Below the pieces are notes generated by a model that had not been told where the DNA came from, did not search any database, and was given only the letters and a program-made list of their open reading frames with translations. A DNA stretch of 64,000 nt. Origin: Nymphaea colorata (Eukaryota). Location: the NCBI RefSeq assembly GCF_008831285.2, contig NC_045138.2, positions 33,046,001 to 33,110,000 on the forward strand, given 5' to 3'. The first letter of the stretch is position 1, and each line of letters opens with the position of its first letter. The position numbers and the translations under genes are program-made. Shown piece after piece: positions 37,319 through 50,185 of this stretch.

Positions 37319-40300
37319 AAATCGTCTGTATATAGCTTGAAGCTTCTGGAACATTATTTTTTTCTGATTAAACTGAAATTACAAAATAATGTTCCATCCA
37401 CGCCTGATTTCTAAACTTCACGGTTGAAACACCATGAACGGAATTTTCATGGTAAGAAAAGCAAGGATGGACTCTCGGATCATCGTGAAAACCAGTAAAG
37501 CCTTAAATTCATGAAGATGAACATGGTTTCGATGGACGCAGAAATTGTTCGCACATGTCTCTCTCTCTCTCTCCATTTGAATTCATGCTTATGCTAAAAT
37601 TTACTGAAAAACAAAACTGAAGGAACACATATATTCAGAAATGTCTGCATGATTCGATACCAAATTGCAACAAAGTTATCGCCTCTTTACGGTTCCTCTG
37701 AACATCGCATCTCTTTCGGCTCGTCCCAAGAAAGGTTCGGTCAGCTTCTTGACTGTAGGAGGTTGCAAAAGCCAAACAAAACAGAGAAAACTGCATACTT
37801 TTTTTTTTTTTTTTCATTTTGTTTTTCCAACACTTAAGTGGGAAAAACTGTGATTTCAAGATCCAAGAGAAAGGGATGCCGCAGGCAAGACGACTCTGCT
37901 TCCAAAATCATGGTATCATTGAAAACTGAAATCGACCCCACAATGACGAGTCTACTCAAAGCTGTTCCTTGGATCCAAAGTAAAGTGAAGAGTAGTAAAG
38001 CCAACATGCCTAGCATATTGTCACGCAAGGCACCGTATTCAAATTAAATTGTTCCTCATACCATTTTAGCTGATAGTTCATACTGTAGGAAAACGTTACG
38101 TACAGACTACAGTTCATATTTAATGATTGTTTTTACAGTTGCATCTTAAAGTGGGTGGGTGCGGTGCTTTCTGCCCATGCAGTTCATGACCTTGACTAGT
38201 AGGTTGTTAACCTTTTATTAACTCCAAATGATTGTTGTTGCCCTTTAACAAATTTAATACTGAAATTAGAATTTGCAGTTATTTTAATTGTAATTTTCCA
38301 TGGAATCAGTTTCCCAGCAACCAAAAGCCAACATTCTGTAGTTGTGGCATGAAAGTTACCCCGGATACATTTGGGGCTGGGGCGGAGTTAGAAAATTATT
38401 TCATAAGGGGAGGGGGCCGAATTAAAGTTTTTAAATTTTGATTAGTCATTTTTCAAAATTTTTATATACAACAAGTAAAATTTTCAAAAATTTACTTGTA
38501 AATTTTTAAAAAGTAATTAGAAAGACTGATTAGATTAGAATAAAATAGGAAACTAAGCTAAACTGACCCATGGACCTCAAAAGAATAAATACATAGGCAG
38601 CCGGGGATTGATATGGGTTGTACCTCGCAGTTTATGTTGAATTCAGAGATCGAACCTGACTTAGATAAGTGGAGATCCGGGATCTGGTGATGTAGACGGA
38701 GATACAAAGGGTTTTTGGTCTCTGGTCGTTGATCAGCTATAATGGACGGTACATATTCAAGACCAAAATTACCTTCGGTGTTCAGTCTTCAAGGTCGTCT
38801 AACCCCACCAACACCAGTTTGGTTGAGGTTCATACAAAAACTAAGGTGCTAGAAATCTTTTTCTTAAGAGGTGCTATTTTAAAAATTTTCCTTCTTTAGG
38901 GGACACAATACACAATATAAATAAATTAGTAAATAATTGTAACCCGACTATATAAAAAAATCTTGAGACTGAAGTGGGCAAGCTTATATGTAGCTGCACT
39001 ACAGTGCATAGGAGTAGTACCATGAGGTAAAATAAATTTTCGCGTACAAGTCCTCATACATTGGCTAGATGTAGACGGTATCTCCATGATATTCAACAAT
39101 AAGGAAAGAGAGCACAACTGAACTGGCCTCTGCTGACGACAATGAGACTTTAACTTAAAGTAATGACAGGTGGTGCTGTTTCTATGTCATTCTACAGATC
39201 AAGAAACCATCGATCGTTTCTTATACATAAAACGGAACATGTCTTCACACAAATAAAAGCAAAAAAATAGAAGTTCTGAAATTTTAGGTCTTTTCGTTAA
39301 CCGTATGCTTCAGAGTCCTTTAACAAAGAAGGCAACAGCATATTGTTCGATGTATGCGTCAAAAGCTAGAGCAGTCTCATTCGATTAGAATTAAAAAGAA
39401 GAACACTCAACTTATAAAACGAATGTAACGGCACAATTTTTATTTTGAATCGAGGCAACGGGAGCCAATGAGGGTCTGGATGAACGTTTTCGAGTGGGCC
39501 GATTTGCGGGCGCTTTTGCGCGTCACGAGATCTGGTGTAGGACAGAAAGGAGTGGAAATTGTCGATGTGGAGAAAAAGTGAGGAGTCCCACCACTCCAAT
39601 AAGGGTGATGGATACAGCCGGTTGTTTCCCTCCTCCATCTATGTGCTCCTTGGAACCAGTGGATCGTAAGGTGCAGGACGATACGATCAAGAATATTCAC
39701 GACTTAAAATAAAAAAGTTTGGACGATCCATAGGAGTTTAAATTGTTCTACTAATGTGATGAAGCAGTTAAACTTGGCATGATAGGAGGGAGACAAAAGA
39801 TATGGTTGTTGTTAGCTTTAGATCGATCTCCCTTTTTCACTGAGTTCTTCTCAGCATTGTATTTGTAGAGAGTCAATCATGAGGTTTGGCCAATTTTAAC
39901 TTGTTCCTTAAGAAGAAAAGAATTTGTGTGTTTGGGGTCCCTCTACAAGCCACCAATCTTCAGTCCACCGTTCATTAATTGTGCAATCTGGTTGCCATCT
40001 TTTTGGTTTAGCTCAGTTTCAACTCTTTATTACACATCCAACTACATAAATGTGTTTCTCTTCTTTTTTTGGTTACATACAAGAGAGAGGTAGAGCCGCC
40101 CAAGTGGACAAGGCAGGCAATAAAGACGGCAAAAAGTCCACAAGCCATCACCAAATGTACAAAGGGGAGAAAGCGAGAGATTACAAGAAGTGGCAGAGCC
40201 ACATGTAACTACCCACACCACCATTTTAATTTTTTTTTATTTTTACATTGGTAGATTTAATATTTACTTTTATACATAGAGGTGCTCCTTTAAATATGAT

Positions 40301-41014
40301 ATTTTTAAATAAGTGCCCCTCCAAACAATTTTTTTGAATTCGCCACTGTTTAGAAGGTGCCCATGCCCATTGTCAATTTCTTGTCTATGCGAAGGTTGTA
40401 TGGCTGCCATTTTTCAATCACTTTTCGCAAATTCATGTATAAATTCCCCACTACTTGTTCAACTAAATTGTGAAAATCTTTTGAGCATTTCAATTTAGAT
40501 AAGAGAATTAAGATTAATGATCTCAGCTTTTGCGATTTTTTTTTTTTTTTACATTTCCAAACATTCCACAACTATCTGTGCTAGTATAGTTTCCCGGAAA
40601 AATGCCCAAGTCTCTCATAGGGCACTTCTAGATATACAACTTGAATAGGACCTCAATATCTCCCTTTCTCTTTATATAAATTATTCAATTTGATTGACTG
40701 TTTATAAAGTCATAGATGTCAAAATACTTCTAAAAGAATTACATAACAAATACCATCAAGTTTTTCCAAAGTACTTTTCCATGTGAGCGTTTGTAATCCA
40801 TGAAGCAAATTCACATTAAAGCACATAATGCTAGCATCGCTCAAAGTATGCGCTCCATAATCCAATATATTTTCGAACTTATTTCATGAACCCAATGTGT
40901 TTGTTCAGGCAAATTTTCTTGAGAATAGGAAACAGTTGATTATATAATACTGTTGATTTGATCAGCCATGTCAAGCGTCTGGTGTTCGACATATTACGTG
41001 GTCGCGTGTTATAC

Positions 41015-41359
41015 TGTCATACTATACTATTTACTAATACTTACTTTTCTTATTACACATTCTTGCGGAGTAAGTATAAGTTTCTTGAATTCTTCCTTCT
41101 CCACGGTCTTTAATGCTTTGGATAAATGCACCATCCCAGGCCTCTCCGTCTACGGTCACATACATGCATCTCGTCACGCATGGTCCTTCAACTAGCTAGC
41201 TGCACATTAGTTGTCAGCTTATGGGGGTGTTAGTGCATTGGTGGAATTAGTAGTTGGTAGGCAGCTAATTCCTTATTCTTATTACGGTGTAACCTCTTGT
41301 GCTATAAATGGGTAGGCAACAATGCAATATTTGATGTATAGTATCCTACCGCACCGACA
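41015..41359. mobile_element. Possible solo LTR (insertion specific to unit B)
   Basis: Absent from unit A. Bounded by TGTC...GACA with an internal CTATAAAT. The 5-bp TSD is not convincing (TATAC vs TAACC). Confidence 0.35.
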
Positions 41360-41553
41360 TAACCCTGAACCCTTGGGCCAAAGAAAAGAAAGAAGGAGCT
41401 TCACACTGGTGTTGGTGTCCCTCTCACCCAAAAAAAGCCAAACTGCACATTAAATTATTATTGGTTTCTTAGGTTGCATCTCTCCATTCCTGCTAACGAA
41501 TGAAGGGTTGATGCCTGAAATTATGCAAAGCTATAAAAGCTGCATCTTACGTT

Positions 41554-44500
41554 TTGGGGTGAGCAACGAGTTGAGTAACTCGAACTCACCTTGTTAATCG
41601 AACTCAGCTTGAACTCGAGTTCAAGCCAGCTTTTCCACTCAATGAGCTAAGCTCGAGTTGATGGTTCAGCTCATTTATTTTATTGACTCGTGTTCAAGTT
41701 CATTTAACGAAGCTCACTTAACCAACTTGGTTCGTTAGCTCGAGTAACGTATATTCTTTGGTTTCGTCTAAGCTTCACTTGCCCACTTCCTGTTCACATT
41801 TTTATTACCTGCTGGCTTCACTGGCCAACTGCAGACTACAAGATCAATGCTAAGGTACACTCTCTTGCTCTCTCAATGTAAAACCCACGACGTTAATCCT
41901 TTCGTTTTCTTTTGAAACTGCCCATTTTCATTATAAAAGGAATAATGTGGAAAGAAGACGAATGATTTTCTAACTGAAAAGAATTAAAGGGATGAGAAAT
42001 GAAATCAAGAGGCCGTTTCCTTTCTTGTGAGAAACTGAAAAGAAAAAAAACGGATGACAATTAAGAAGGCCTGTAGAGGGTTATTTAACCCCATGTTTGA
42101 GAAAATGATCATTTCTTTTACTGCATTCACATAGGAAAAAGCTCAACGGCAAAGACTTTGAGAGAAAGTTTGAGAGAAAGAGGGAGAAGGTGAAGAAGAG
42201 ATCCTCATTTGTGCTGCTGGAAAGGAACGAGAAGCAAAAAGAGGTTGCTGCTGGAAATCAATCTCGATTAGAAGGTATGGGGATTTTCTGCCATGATTGA
42301 AGCATGAAGCCATGTATTTTGATTTACTTAGAAGATGAATCCATGTATGGGAAATTTCAGTTTAAATGAAGCATGTAGCCGTATATTTCTTGGTTGATTT
42401 TTTTCAGTGGATAGATATGTTTATAAGCGAATCTGTATATGCAAATGTCTAGCGATGAATCCACGCATGAGGTTCTAGATATAAAGCATGCTATATTTTG
42501 ATTTGAAGTGTGAAACGTGTTAATCCATGATGGCTGTTGAAACTCTCTGGTGATCATATTATCTGAAGTTGTTTCTCATTCCACCTGTGAGAAACCTAGA
42601 CTAGAATAACACAGCATGCATATTTGAGATGAGGGATGCGTTAAGGGAAATCAACCAGTTACAATAAAATTTTATACCAGAACCCTCACGGAGGGTCTGG
42701 CCATAGGAATTGATATACGGAATGCCAATGGGAACTCGGCTGTTCAGAACGACGTCGACAGAGTGCAAGGCCTGCACTGCTCGACATACAGCCAAGGTAG
42801 AACCAACACACAAAAATGAGGAAGGGAAGGAATTACAATTGGTTTTGCCAATGAGGAGAGGCAATCGCCCGCCCGACTGGAAACCAGTCGCTTTCCTCAC
42901 GCTGGTAGCAGAGAAGCGTTTTGGGTAATGTTGAAATACAGCGCCCTCCTCCCGTAGCTCATCCTTCCCCATCAACGAGGCGAGGCTGAAAAAGAGCAAC
43001 GGCGTTGGTCGGACGATTGGCTGCTGCTGGAGGCGTCGCTCGAACGGTGGGCGATGACGTGAACCCGAGCGTTGGAGCTAGCGGGAGGAGGACAGGTCCC
43101 TCCCCATGCTCCCGCTTTCCTCTGGTTTTGGTTGATTGAAGAGTCGGTGGAATCCACCGTCAATCGCTTGTGAAAAGAAGAGGACGGAGCAGGAGAGAGA
43201 AAATCAGGCGTAGAAATGAGAAAAAACGAGGGTTGGGCCATATTTATATCAAAGTTGGAAAATTTCAAAACGGGTCCACTAATTAGCAAAATATTCGAAT
43301 AAGCTGTTAAAATTTTTAATCATTCATGACGCAACGTTTTTGCTAAAAACATCTTCAAAAAGGGGTCTCCAAAAGTTATTTTCTATAAGAACCAAAGAAC
43401 TCTTTCGAAATTGTGAATCAGTACCCCTTTGAATTCCTAAAATTGTCAAAAGAAGGTTTTTATAAATTTGTTTGTAATTTCGATGGAAAACCCAAAATTT
43501 TATGCATTATTGCTTGTGGTATCTTTTGTATTATTTAAATTTCAGGTAAAGGGTGTTGAACCCCCTTGTCTTGAAATAGTGATTGTTGTGTTTAGTCTGG
43601 ATGTGATATGCTCTATACTAGTGCATGTCTTATGTCTTATCGATCTGTTCTGGTGCCATTAAATTAAGACTTAAAATGGCTGAATCATTTTGTTTGGGAA
43701 ACCGAGCCTGAGGGCGGTTTCTGTGTGAGGTACTAGACGATGTCTAGCATTAGCAAACCCTCACTTTTGAAATTCAAAGGCGAAACGTGGACTTTGTGCG
43801 ATGGTTTATGCGAGTGCGAGCTTTTTGTTTTGCTCAGTGTTTGGTTTCGTCCCGGAAGGTAGTGGTCACACTCCTCTGGCTGTACTGGAGGGCCCACAGG
43901 GTATTGGGCGGCACAAGGGCCCGGGATTCTGTTCTGTTTCTGTTTGGGAGCGAGACTCCTGGTCTCTCCACCCGGGTTCCTAGAGAGACCATGCTGCTGC
44001 AGCGGCGATCTGGGATATCTCAGGAGGCTTCACTTCAGGTGCCCTCGATCCGTTGGATCGCCTGGTGAAGAGATGTTCTGTTCTGCCCGTGAGTGCCCAC
44101 GGGGATTTCTGTTGCTCGGCACGATGACCTTGACATTGTCAGAGGACCACGGTTGGAAGCCTACGAAATTTTGGGAGGTTGCACACCTCGTTTTGTTGCT
44201 GAACATGTGACGTTACTCTAATATGTGTTAAGATTTGAAGATATTTGTTTTACAAAAATCAAATATTATTTTGATGGGCCATGTTCCACACATGGTTGGA
44301 TTTTTCTCATACTCAGAGGAATTCTGACCCTTCTTTCTATCTACAGGTAGTCCTTGATAGATGTTGGCTTTGGAGCGACGACCTCAGTCTTGTGATGGAC
44401 GGGCATTGGCATTCTGGACACTGCGTCGGTTTTGGGGATTTGTGGTTATTTTTGTTTGGGTCCAAGTATTTTATTATTGAAATAAAACAATGTCTTATGT

Positions 44501-44600
44501 TCTGGTCATGACTCAATGTTGTTTCCGCTATGATTTATGTTAATGGAAAAAAAAAATTGTGTCAAAAATTAGGTCGTGACACTCAATCCCTCTACTCTCC

Positions 44601-44636
<36 letters not shown>

Positions 44637-45207
44637 TGCATTTTGTCCAAGCCTCTCCCTCTGCTCTCCCCTTCTCTCTCTCCCTCACTGATCTCACACT
44701 CTCTTTCATTTTGCCAAAGGAAGGCTTTCTGGGTTTTGCTCAAGCGAGGGTTTCCCTCACTCCCTAGGGTATGCCCAAATGTGAGTTTCAAAAACCCTCG
44801 CTTGGGCTGGTGAGGGTTTCACAAACCATCGCTTCGGTAGGAGCAAGGCCTTCTCACAATGTATGATTTGTGAAACATCTGTAACATGTTGTGGGTGGGG
44901 GAGAAGCAGGTTACCGCTGTGGGTTCCGATGGGTTCTGATGCATTCACATTTGCGTTAATTAACTATGTGAACAGAAAAATGCCAAGAGTTTGTTTTTGT
45001 TGGCATGGTGAAGACGATAGTGGTGGTAGTGGTAGATCTCCATAATTTCAAGGTGAAGCAATGAGTTGAGTTTGTGGTGCTTAATCGAGCTCGAGCTCAA
45101 CAAATTGAGCCAAGTGGAGTTGGAGTTGCTTTGGCCGAGCTTGAAGTTTCATTAGTCAAGCCGAGTGCGAGCTGGCTGAACTCCAGCTTGGCTGGTGTTC
45201 ACCCTTA
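41554..45207. mobile_element. Older non-autonomous hAT element, ~3.65 kb
   Basis: Degenerate TIR TTGGGGTGAGCAAC / GGTGTTCACCCTTA and decayed CGAG subterminal repeats. Flanks CTTACGTT / ATTATGTC compare with the single CTTACGTC at the paralogous empty site (33900-33907). Confidence 0.85.
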
Positions 45208-47034
45208 ATTATGTCATCTGATATACACCAAGCATAAATGACCAACAGTAATTTGGCCATGTGGAACTGGTACCATTCAAACGTCCAATCACAACATGGT
45301 TTGTTTCAGTGAGGATCTTGTTTGCCCATCGTCATGACCAAAAGATTATACCAAATAGAACATAATGGTATTTAAATATAAGTGCAAGTAAAGCTTTAGT
45401 TAACTTGGAATGGTAGAAGGCCATAAGTGTTCAGTATCCACTTTAGCTGTCCTGTCTATTACATGGTGCAAATTTGCCTGCACTTGGCGTGTTATCCGTT
45501 GCTCTTTTGTTTTGGGAGTTCGAATGAACTGTTTATATGAAGAAACAAGGGCACAGACGCCACCCAAAAAAAAAAAAAAAAAAAAGGAGAATTGTAATAA
45601 AAGATACAGAATTCAAGCCCTTCCCACCACCGACCATTTTTCCAAAACCAGGGGAGAGTTTCAGCTGATACAGCCAATGGTTTTGCTGCAAGCTGATCAA
45701 TCTGCTGCTGAACCAAGATGTATCTGATCATCTGCTTTCAATAAAAAGTTTTTAGAAAGCGCAGATGTAGGCCGAGACCTTTTGATCATCGGCATCTCTC
45801 ATATGATTGAAGCAAGGCCCTTTGATCAGAATGTTGCAAACATTCAAAAGTGATAAATCTAATCATAGAAAGATGAAAACCTATATGGCCACATAAATTA
45901 TACATATATTCTGAAGAATGACTTTTTGAAAAAGTAATATTTAAGTTTTGGATATTAATGCATTGTTATAGGAGATGTTTCGAGAATATCATAAGGATTT
46001 TCCCTGCAATTATTCGATGTTGTTTTGGTGGTGAAACTGCAATCTTGTTATATTGCCATGACATAAATAATCATCAGAAATGTAGTTCTCAAGTAAGGTA
46101 TAAATCTGATGACATCTTGAAAAGATTCACGGGATCGAATTTTGAATAAACTCGGGTTTTGCATGAGACGGAGTGGTATTTCTTTGCTGCCCGTACCTAC
46201 GGTCTCGGCCTTCGGCCCTTCGGCCCTTCAGTCAGGCTGAAACGTTTCATCTCAATAATTTTAAAATCTTCTTTGTCTCCAGCCAGCCTGGTTTGGTTTG
46301 GAGAAAAGGGATGTCACTTGTCAGTTGCCTGTATTTGGACGAAGACTGCAGTTGTCGTGGCCCGCTACCGACGTGTGGAACGGTTGCCAACCTTATCTTT
46401 CCGTCGGCAACTATATTTTTCTGGTCAGAAGCTACCCCATTTGTGTATTATACCGGGAACAAGAAAACGTGTTTTAGAAAACCACTTAGCAGACAAGATA
46501 CTCTAGTATTAGAAAATGTGTTTATTTTTTTTCTTTTTCCTTTTGTTTGGAATTGGTTTCACATTCAAAGAAGGAAGTTTCTTGACTAAGTCCGGACGTG
46601 AGGAACATTTGCCAACCTTATCTTTCGGTCGGCAAGTGTATTTTTCTGGTTGCCATTGAGGGGCAGAAGCTACTCTGTGTGGTTAGGATTGCCGACGGGT
46701 GTCGGGTACTCCTAGGCAGATTCAATGCTTGATCTTCTCAATTCTTTCCAATAAATTTTATTAAAAGAAAAGGACCGGGCCTTTCCTCAGCATGACTGCA
46801 TCCAAAGGAGTGAAAGGAAAATAAAAACATATATGATTTCAGTTTGTTTTAAAATGTCATGTGTTACATTTGCAATTCAAATCATTCAGTGGACTTTCGA
46901 TGTAAGTATGCTCTATAGATATGTGGCCGTTCAATATTAGCTCTTTCACCATAATCCTCGTCCCTCCAGTTTCAACTTCGTAACCTTCTTCATTATTCAT
47001 AGCAGGGCATTCGATCGATCGGCCCTCAACCTCT

Positions 47035-48564
47035 ATGGGCAGCCTGCAAGACCACGGAGAAGAAAGGCTCGGCCTTCTTGATGCAGAGGAACTACGGAAA
47101 CAAGCACGTCTGGTGGCTGATTTTATTGCTGACTATTACAAGGCGATTGAAAGCTATCCCGTGTGTAGCCAAGTTCAACCTGGCTACCTGAGCAGCCGGT
47201 TGCCGGAAACGGCTCCTAACAAGCCAGCTCCCTTGGAGGCCATTCTCCAAGATGTGAAGAAACATATCCTTCCCGGCCTGACTCACTGGCAGAGCCCCAG
47301 TTTCTTTGCCTACTTCCAGGCTAATGTAAGCACCGGGGGGTTTCTTGGGGAGATGCTTTGCAGTGGCTTCAACGTCGTTGGGTTCAACTGGCTTGCATCG
47401 CCGGCGGCCACGGAGCTTGAATCACTGGTCATGGATTGGATGGGCGGTATGCTTAATCTCCCGTCGTCATTCAGGTTCAACGCTTCCAACAATGGTGACA
47501 GTAAAAACGGTGATGGTGGAGGTGGCGTCATACTTGGCAGCACATGTGAAGCCGTAGTGTGCACCCTGGTGGCCGCTAGGGACAAAGTCTTGAGCAGTAT
47601 GGGCTACGACAGTATAACCAAGCTTGTAGTCTATGGCTCTGACCAGACCCACTCATGCCTGCAAAAGGCATGCAAGATAGCAGGCATCAACCCTAATCAC
47701 TACCGGCCACTTGCCACCTCTTACAAAACCGGCTTTGCACTCTTGCCGGACGTCGCCCGACGGGCAATGGCGAGCGACGTCGCAGCCGGCTTGATCCCCC
47801 TTTTCCTCTGCGCCACCGTAGGCACGACGGGTGTCGGCGCTGTAGACCCTTTGCATGGGCTGGCGCAAGTGGCTAAAGAATACAAAGCCTGGCTCCATGT
47901 TGATGCGGCCTATGCAGGCAGTGCTTGCATATGCCCGGAGTTCAGGAGCTACCTAGATGGAGTGGAACATGCAGACTCTATGAGCACGAACCCTCACAAA
48001 TGGCTCCTCACCAACATGGATTGTTGTTGTCTATGGGTGAAACACACTTCTCTCTTAGTGAATGCCTTGTCCACCAGTGCTGTTTTCCTCGACAATCCGG
48101 GCACCGCATCCCTAGAGGTCATAGACTATAAAGACTGGCAAATTGCATTGAGCCGGCGGTTTCGTGCCATCAAATTGTGGCTTGTGATTCGCAGCTATGG
48201 CCTGAACGGCCTCAGGGAGCATGTAAGGAGGCATGTTAGGCTTGCCATGCTCTTTGAAAAGTGGGTGAGCACGGATGAAAGGTTCGAAATCGTCGCGCCA
48301 AGAAGACTTGCCTTGGTCTGCTTTAGGCTCAAACCAGGAGGAGGAGGAGATGGCGAGGGTTCCGAGCTCAACCGCAAGCTGCTGGAAGCGATCAACTCCA
48401 CCGGGAAGGTTTACATGACTCACACAGTTGTGGACAAGATGTTCGTGCTGCGTTTTGCTGTTGGCTCCACGTTAACGGAGGAAAGGCATGTTCGTGGTGC
48501 TTGGAGCATCATACAAGAGCAATCCAGTGTAGTTGCTGCTGGAGACGCGGCAAGCATTGCTTGA
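47035..48564 (+). CDS. Group II PLP-dependent aromatic amino acid decarboxylase family (TyDC clade), probable aromatic aldehyde synthase, 509 aa
   Basis: Intronless ORF with THWQSP-x-[41 protein letters not shown] (PLP-binding K322) and [14 protein letters not shown]. The catalytic loop reads [10 protein letters not shown]. Family assignment is near certain; the exact activity is inferred. Confidence 0.95.
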   Translation: MGSLQDHGEERLGLLDAEELRKQARLVADFIADYYKAIESYPVCSQVQPGYLSSRLPETAPNKPAPLEAILQDVKKHILPGLTHWQSPSFFAYFQANVSTGGFLGEMLCSGFNVVGFNWLASPAATELESLVMDWMGGMLNLPSSFRFNASNNGDSKNGDGGGGVILGSTCEAVVCTLVAARDKVLSSMGYDSITKLVVYGSDQTHSCLQKACKIAGINPNHYRPLATSYKTGFALLPDVARRAMASDVAAGLIPLFLCATVGTTGVGAVDPLHGLAQVAKEYKAWLHVDAAYAGSACICPEFRSYLDGVEHADSMSTNPHKWLLTNMDCCCLWVKHTSLLVNALSTSAVFLDNPGTASLEVIDYKDWQIALSRRFRAIKLWLVIRSYGLNGLREHVRRHVRLAMLFEKWVSTDERFEIVAPRRLALVCFRLKPGGGGDGEGSELNRKLLEAINSTGKVYMTHTVVDKMFVLRFAVGSTLTEERHVRGAWSIIQEQSSVVAAGDAASIA

Positions 48565-49135
48565 GAGAATGATGAATTTGTATTATTGCACCATATGTTG
48601 CTCAACTTCTGTTCAGTAGCTAGTAGGCTGAATCTATTGTCTATGGTAAATTTGGTAGAGGCGAGTAGCTGAACGCGTCATATCTTTTCTTGATGGGCCA
48701 CAAACATGTGTATGAGTGGTAAACACAATTACCTACATAAAACAAAAATAATCATTTCTGTATTCATTGTCCTCGTAAGAAGGTTATGTTCATCTTGAAG
48801 GGGCAATTTACAGACATTACGAAACCAAAAGGGATGGTTTTCTGCATAGGAATTCATCCATGCTTCGTCGAGAAAGCATACTAGTTGCTTGCATACATAT
48901 ATAGTTTTCAAGAAACCCGAACCTAAAATAAAAGTTTTCTGCACTGAGTGAACTTGAGATTTCACTAGATATCAACTTCACATCAAAAGATATATATCTT
49001 GAAGCCCCAACGTTGATCAATGAAAAGGAGGTGGCAAATTCTTTCGGACGAAGTCTGCGTATGGGTTACGCCCTTGCCTCTTGTGAGAAAGAATGTGATT
49101 ATATACAGCAAAAAATGGGGTACTTGAGAGGAACT

Positions 49136-50185
49136 CTATCCCATAGCTACAGCCTCACTGAAAGGTCTCCAGACTCCACCTAAAATCTGGAGCTTGCCAT
49201 TTCCTGCGAATGACATTGTCCGGAACACTAAACAAAAAAAGTGAATGGCTTCAGGTGCTGGCCACCCTTTCTCAATCTTGATACTTGTCAAAAGATTCGC
49301 TTGTTTTACTTTTCCACCGTCCATTGTTAGCCATCACTGCAATGCGCCCATCAGAAGCAAGCAGTTCAATAGGATAGCGTCTTCCAATTCGCCACCAAAG
49401 GAGGCATCCTATTGAACTTTCGCAAAAAGGAAATGGTCAGATTCACTCTTGACTAGACCAGCAACCCCTAATTTTAAATCAAGCTTCCATGAGACTATGT
49501 GAATGTTAGCACAGATATCAGCTCCCTTAGTCCCCACTTCATCAGATTGTTTGGAGGTCAAGATGACACTCAAAAATTTTCCAAAAAAACAGCTGCCAAA
49601 CCGGTTGAGTGGAGCGATGGGAGCATCACGTGGATTCCTGATCGAAGAAGGAAGTCTTGAAGGTAGGGTTTTTGATTGGACAGTAGCTCTTGGATGGAGG
49701 ATTCCATCATCCCATCGAGCAAACCCTCTCAATACGGTCGCAACTTGCTCAATCGAGGGTGGAGCACATCATCTGTCAGTTCACATTCTGTCTTTTGTCA
49801 CTTTGAGCAATTTTCCACCAGATCTTGAATCGCAAGCTCTGACTATTCTTCTTCAAGATCCAGTAGCCAGGAAGAGCTGGTCGCACAAGCTTAATGGGGC
49901 ATAATCTTGTTGCATATGATATGAGAGGATTTTTTCATTCATGACGCCATTTTTTAGTCTGCTTTGAACACTAGGGATCGACATTGGCTTTCTAACAACT
50001 CTTCTTGCCGCAGAGGGATGCCGTAATAGGTAGCGGATACTTCTCCTCTCATCCATCCGCATATGTGTTTCACTCCAGCCAGGGTACGGTCATCCATATT
50101 GACTAGACCGCCCGCTTTCTCAAACTCAATGAAAAAAAAAGTTCCATGAAAAAAACGATGTCATCAGCGTATAATGTGGAGTGTA
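49136..50185 (-). mobile_element. Degenerate L1 LINE ORF2 (reverse transcriptase) fragment
   Basis: Minus strand reads TLYADDIVFF (YADD at 50160-50171), followed by IRYL...P and HIVSWK...LGV remnants in different frames. Boundaries are approximate. Confidence 0.75.

Larger units (their letters stand above)
35053..45298 (+). repeat. Tandem segmental duplication, unit B (contains WIP copy 7, expanded by insertions)
   Basis: Colinear with 28683-33996 but carries extra segments at ~37979-38801, ~41015-41485 and 41554-45207. Confidence 0.93.

Noticed and set aside
43257..43437. Possible Mutator-like MITE nested in the hAT element
   Set aside because: The inverted ends are too imperfect and there is no 9-bp TSD.
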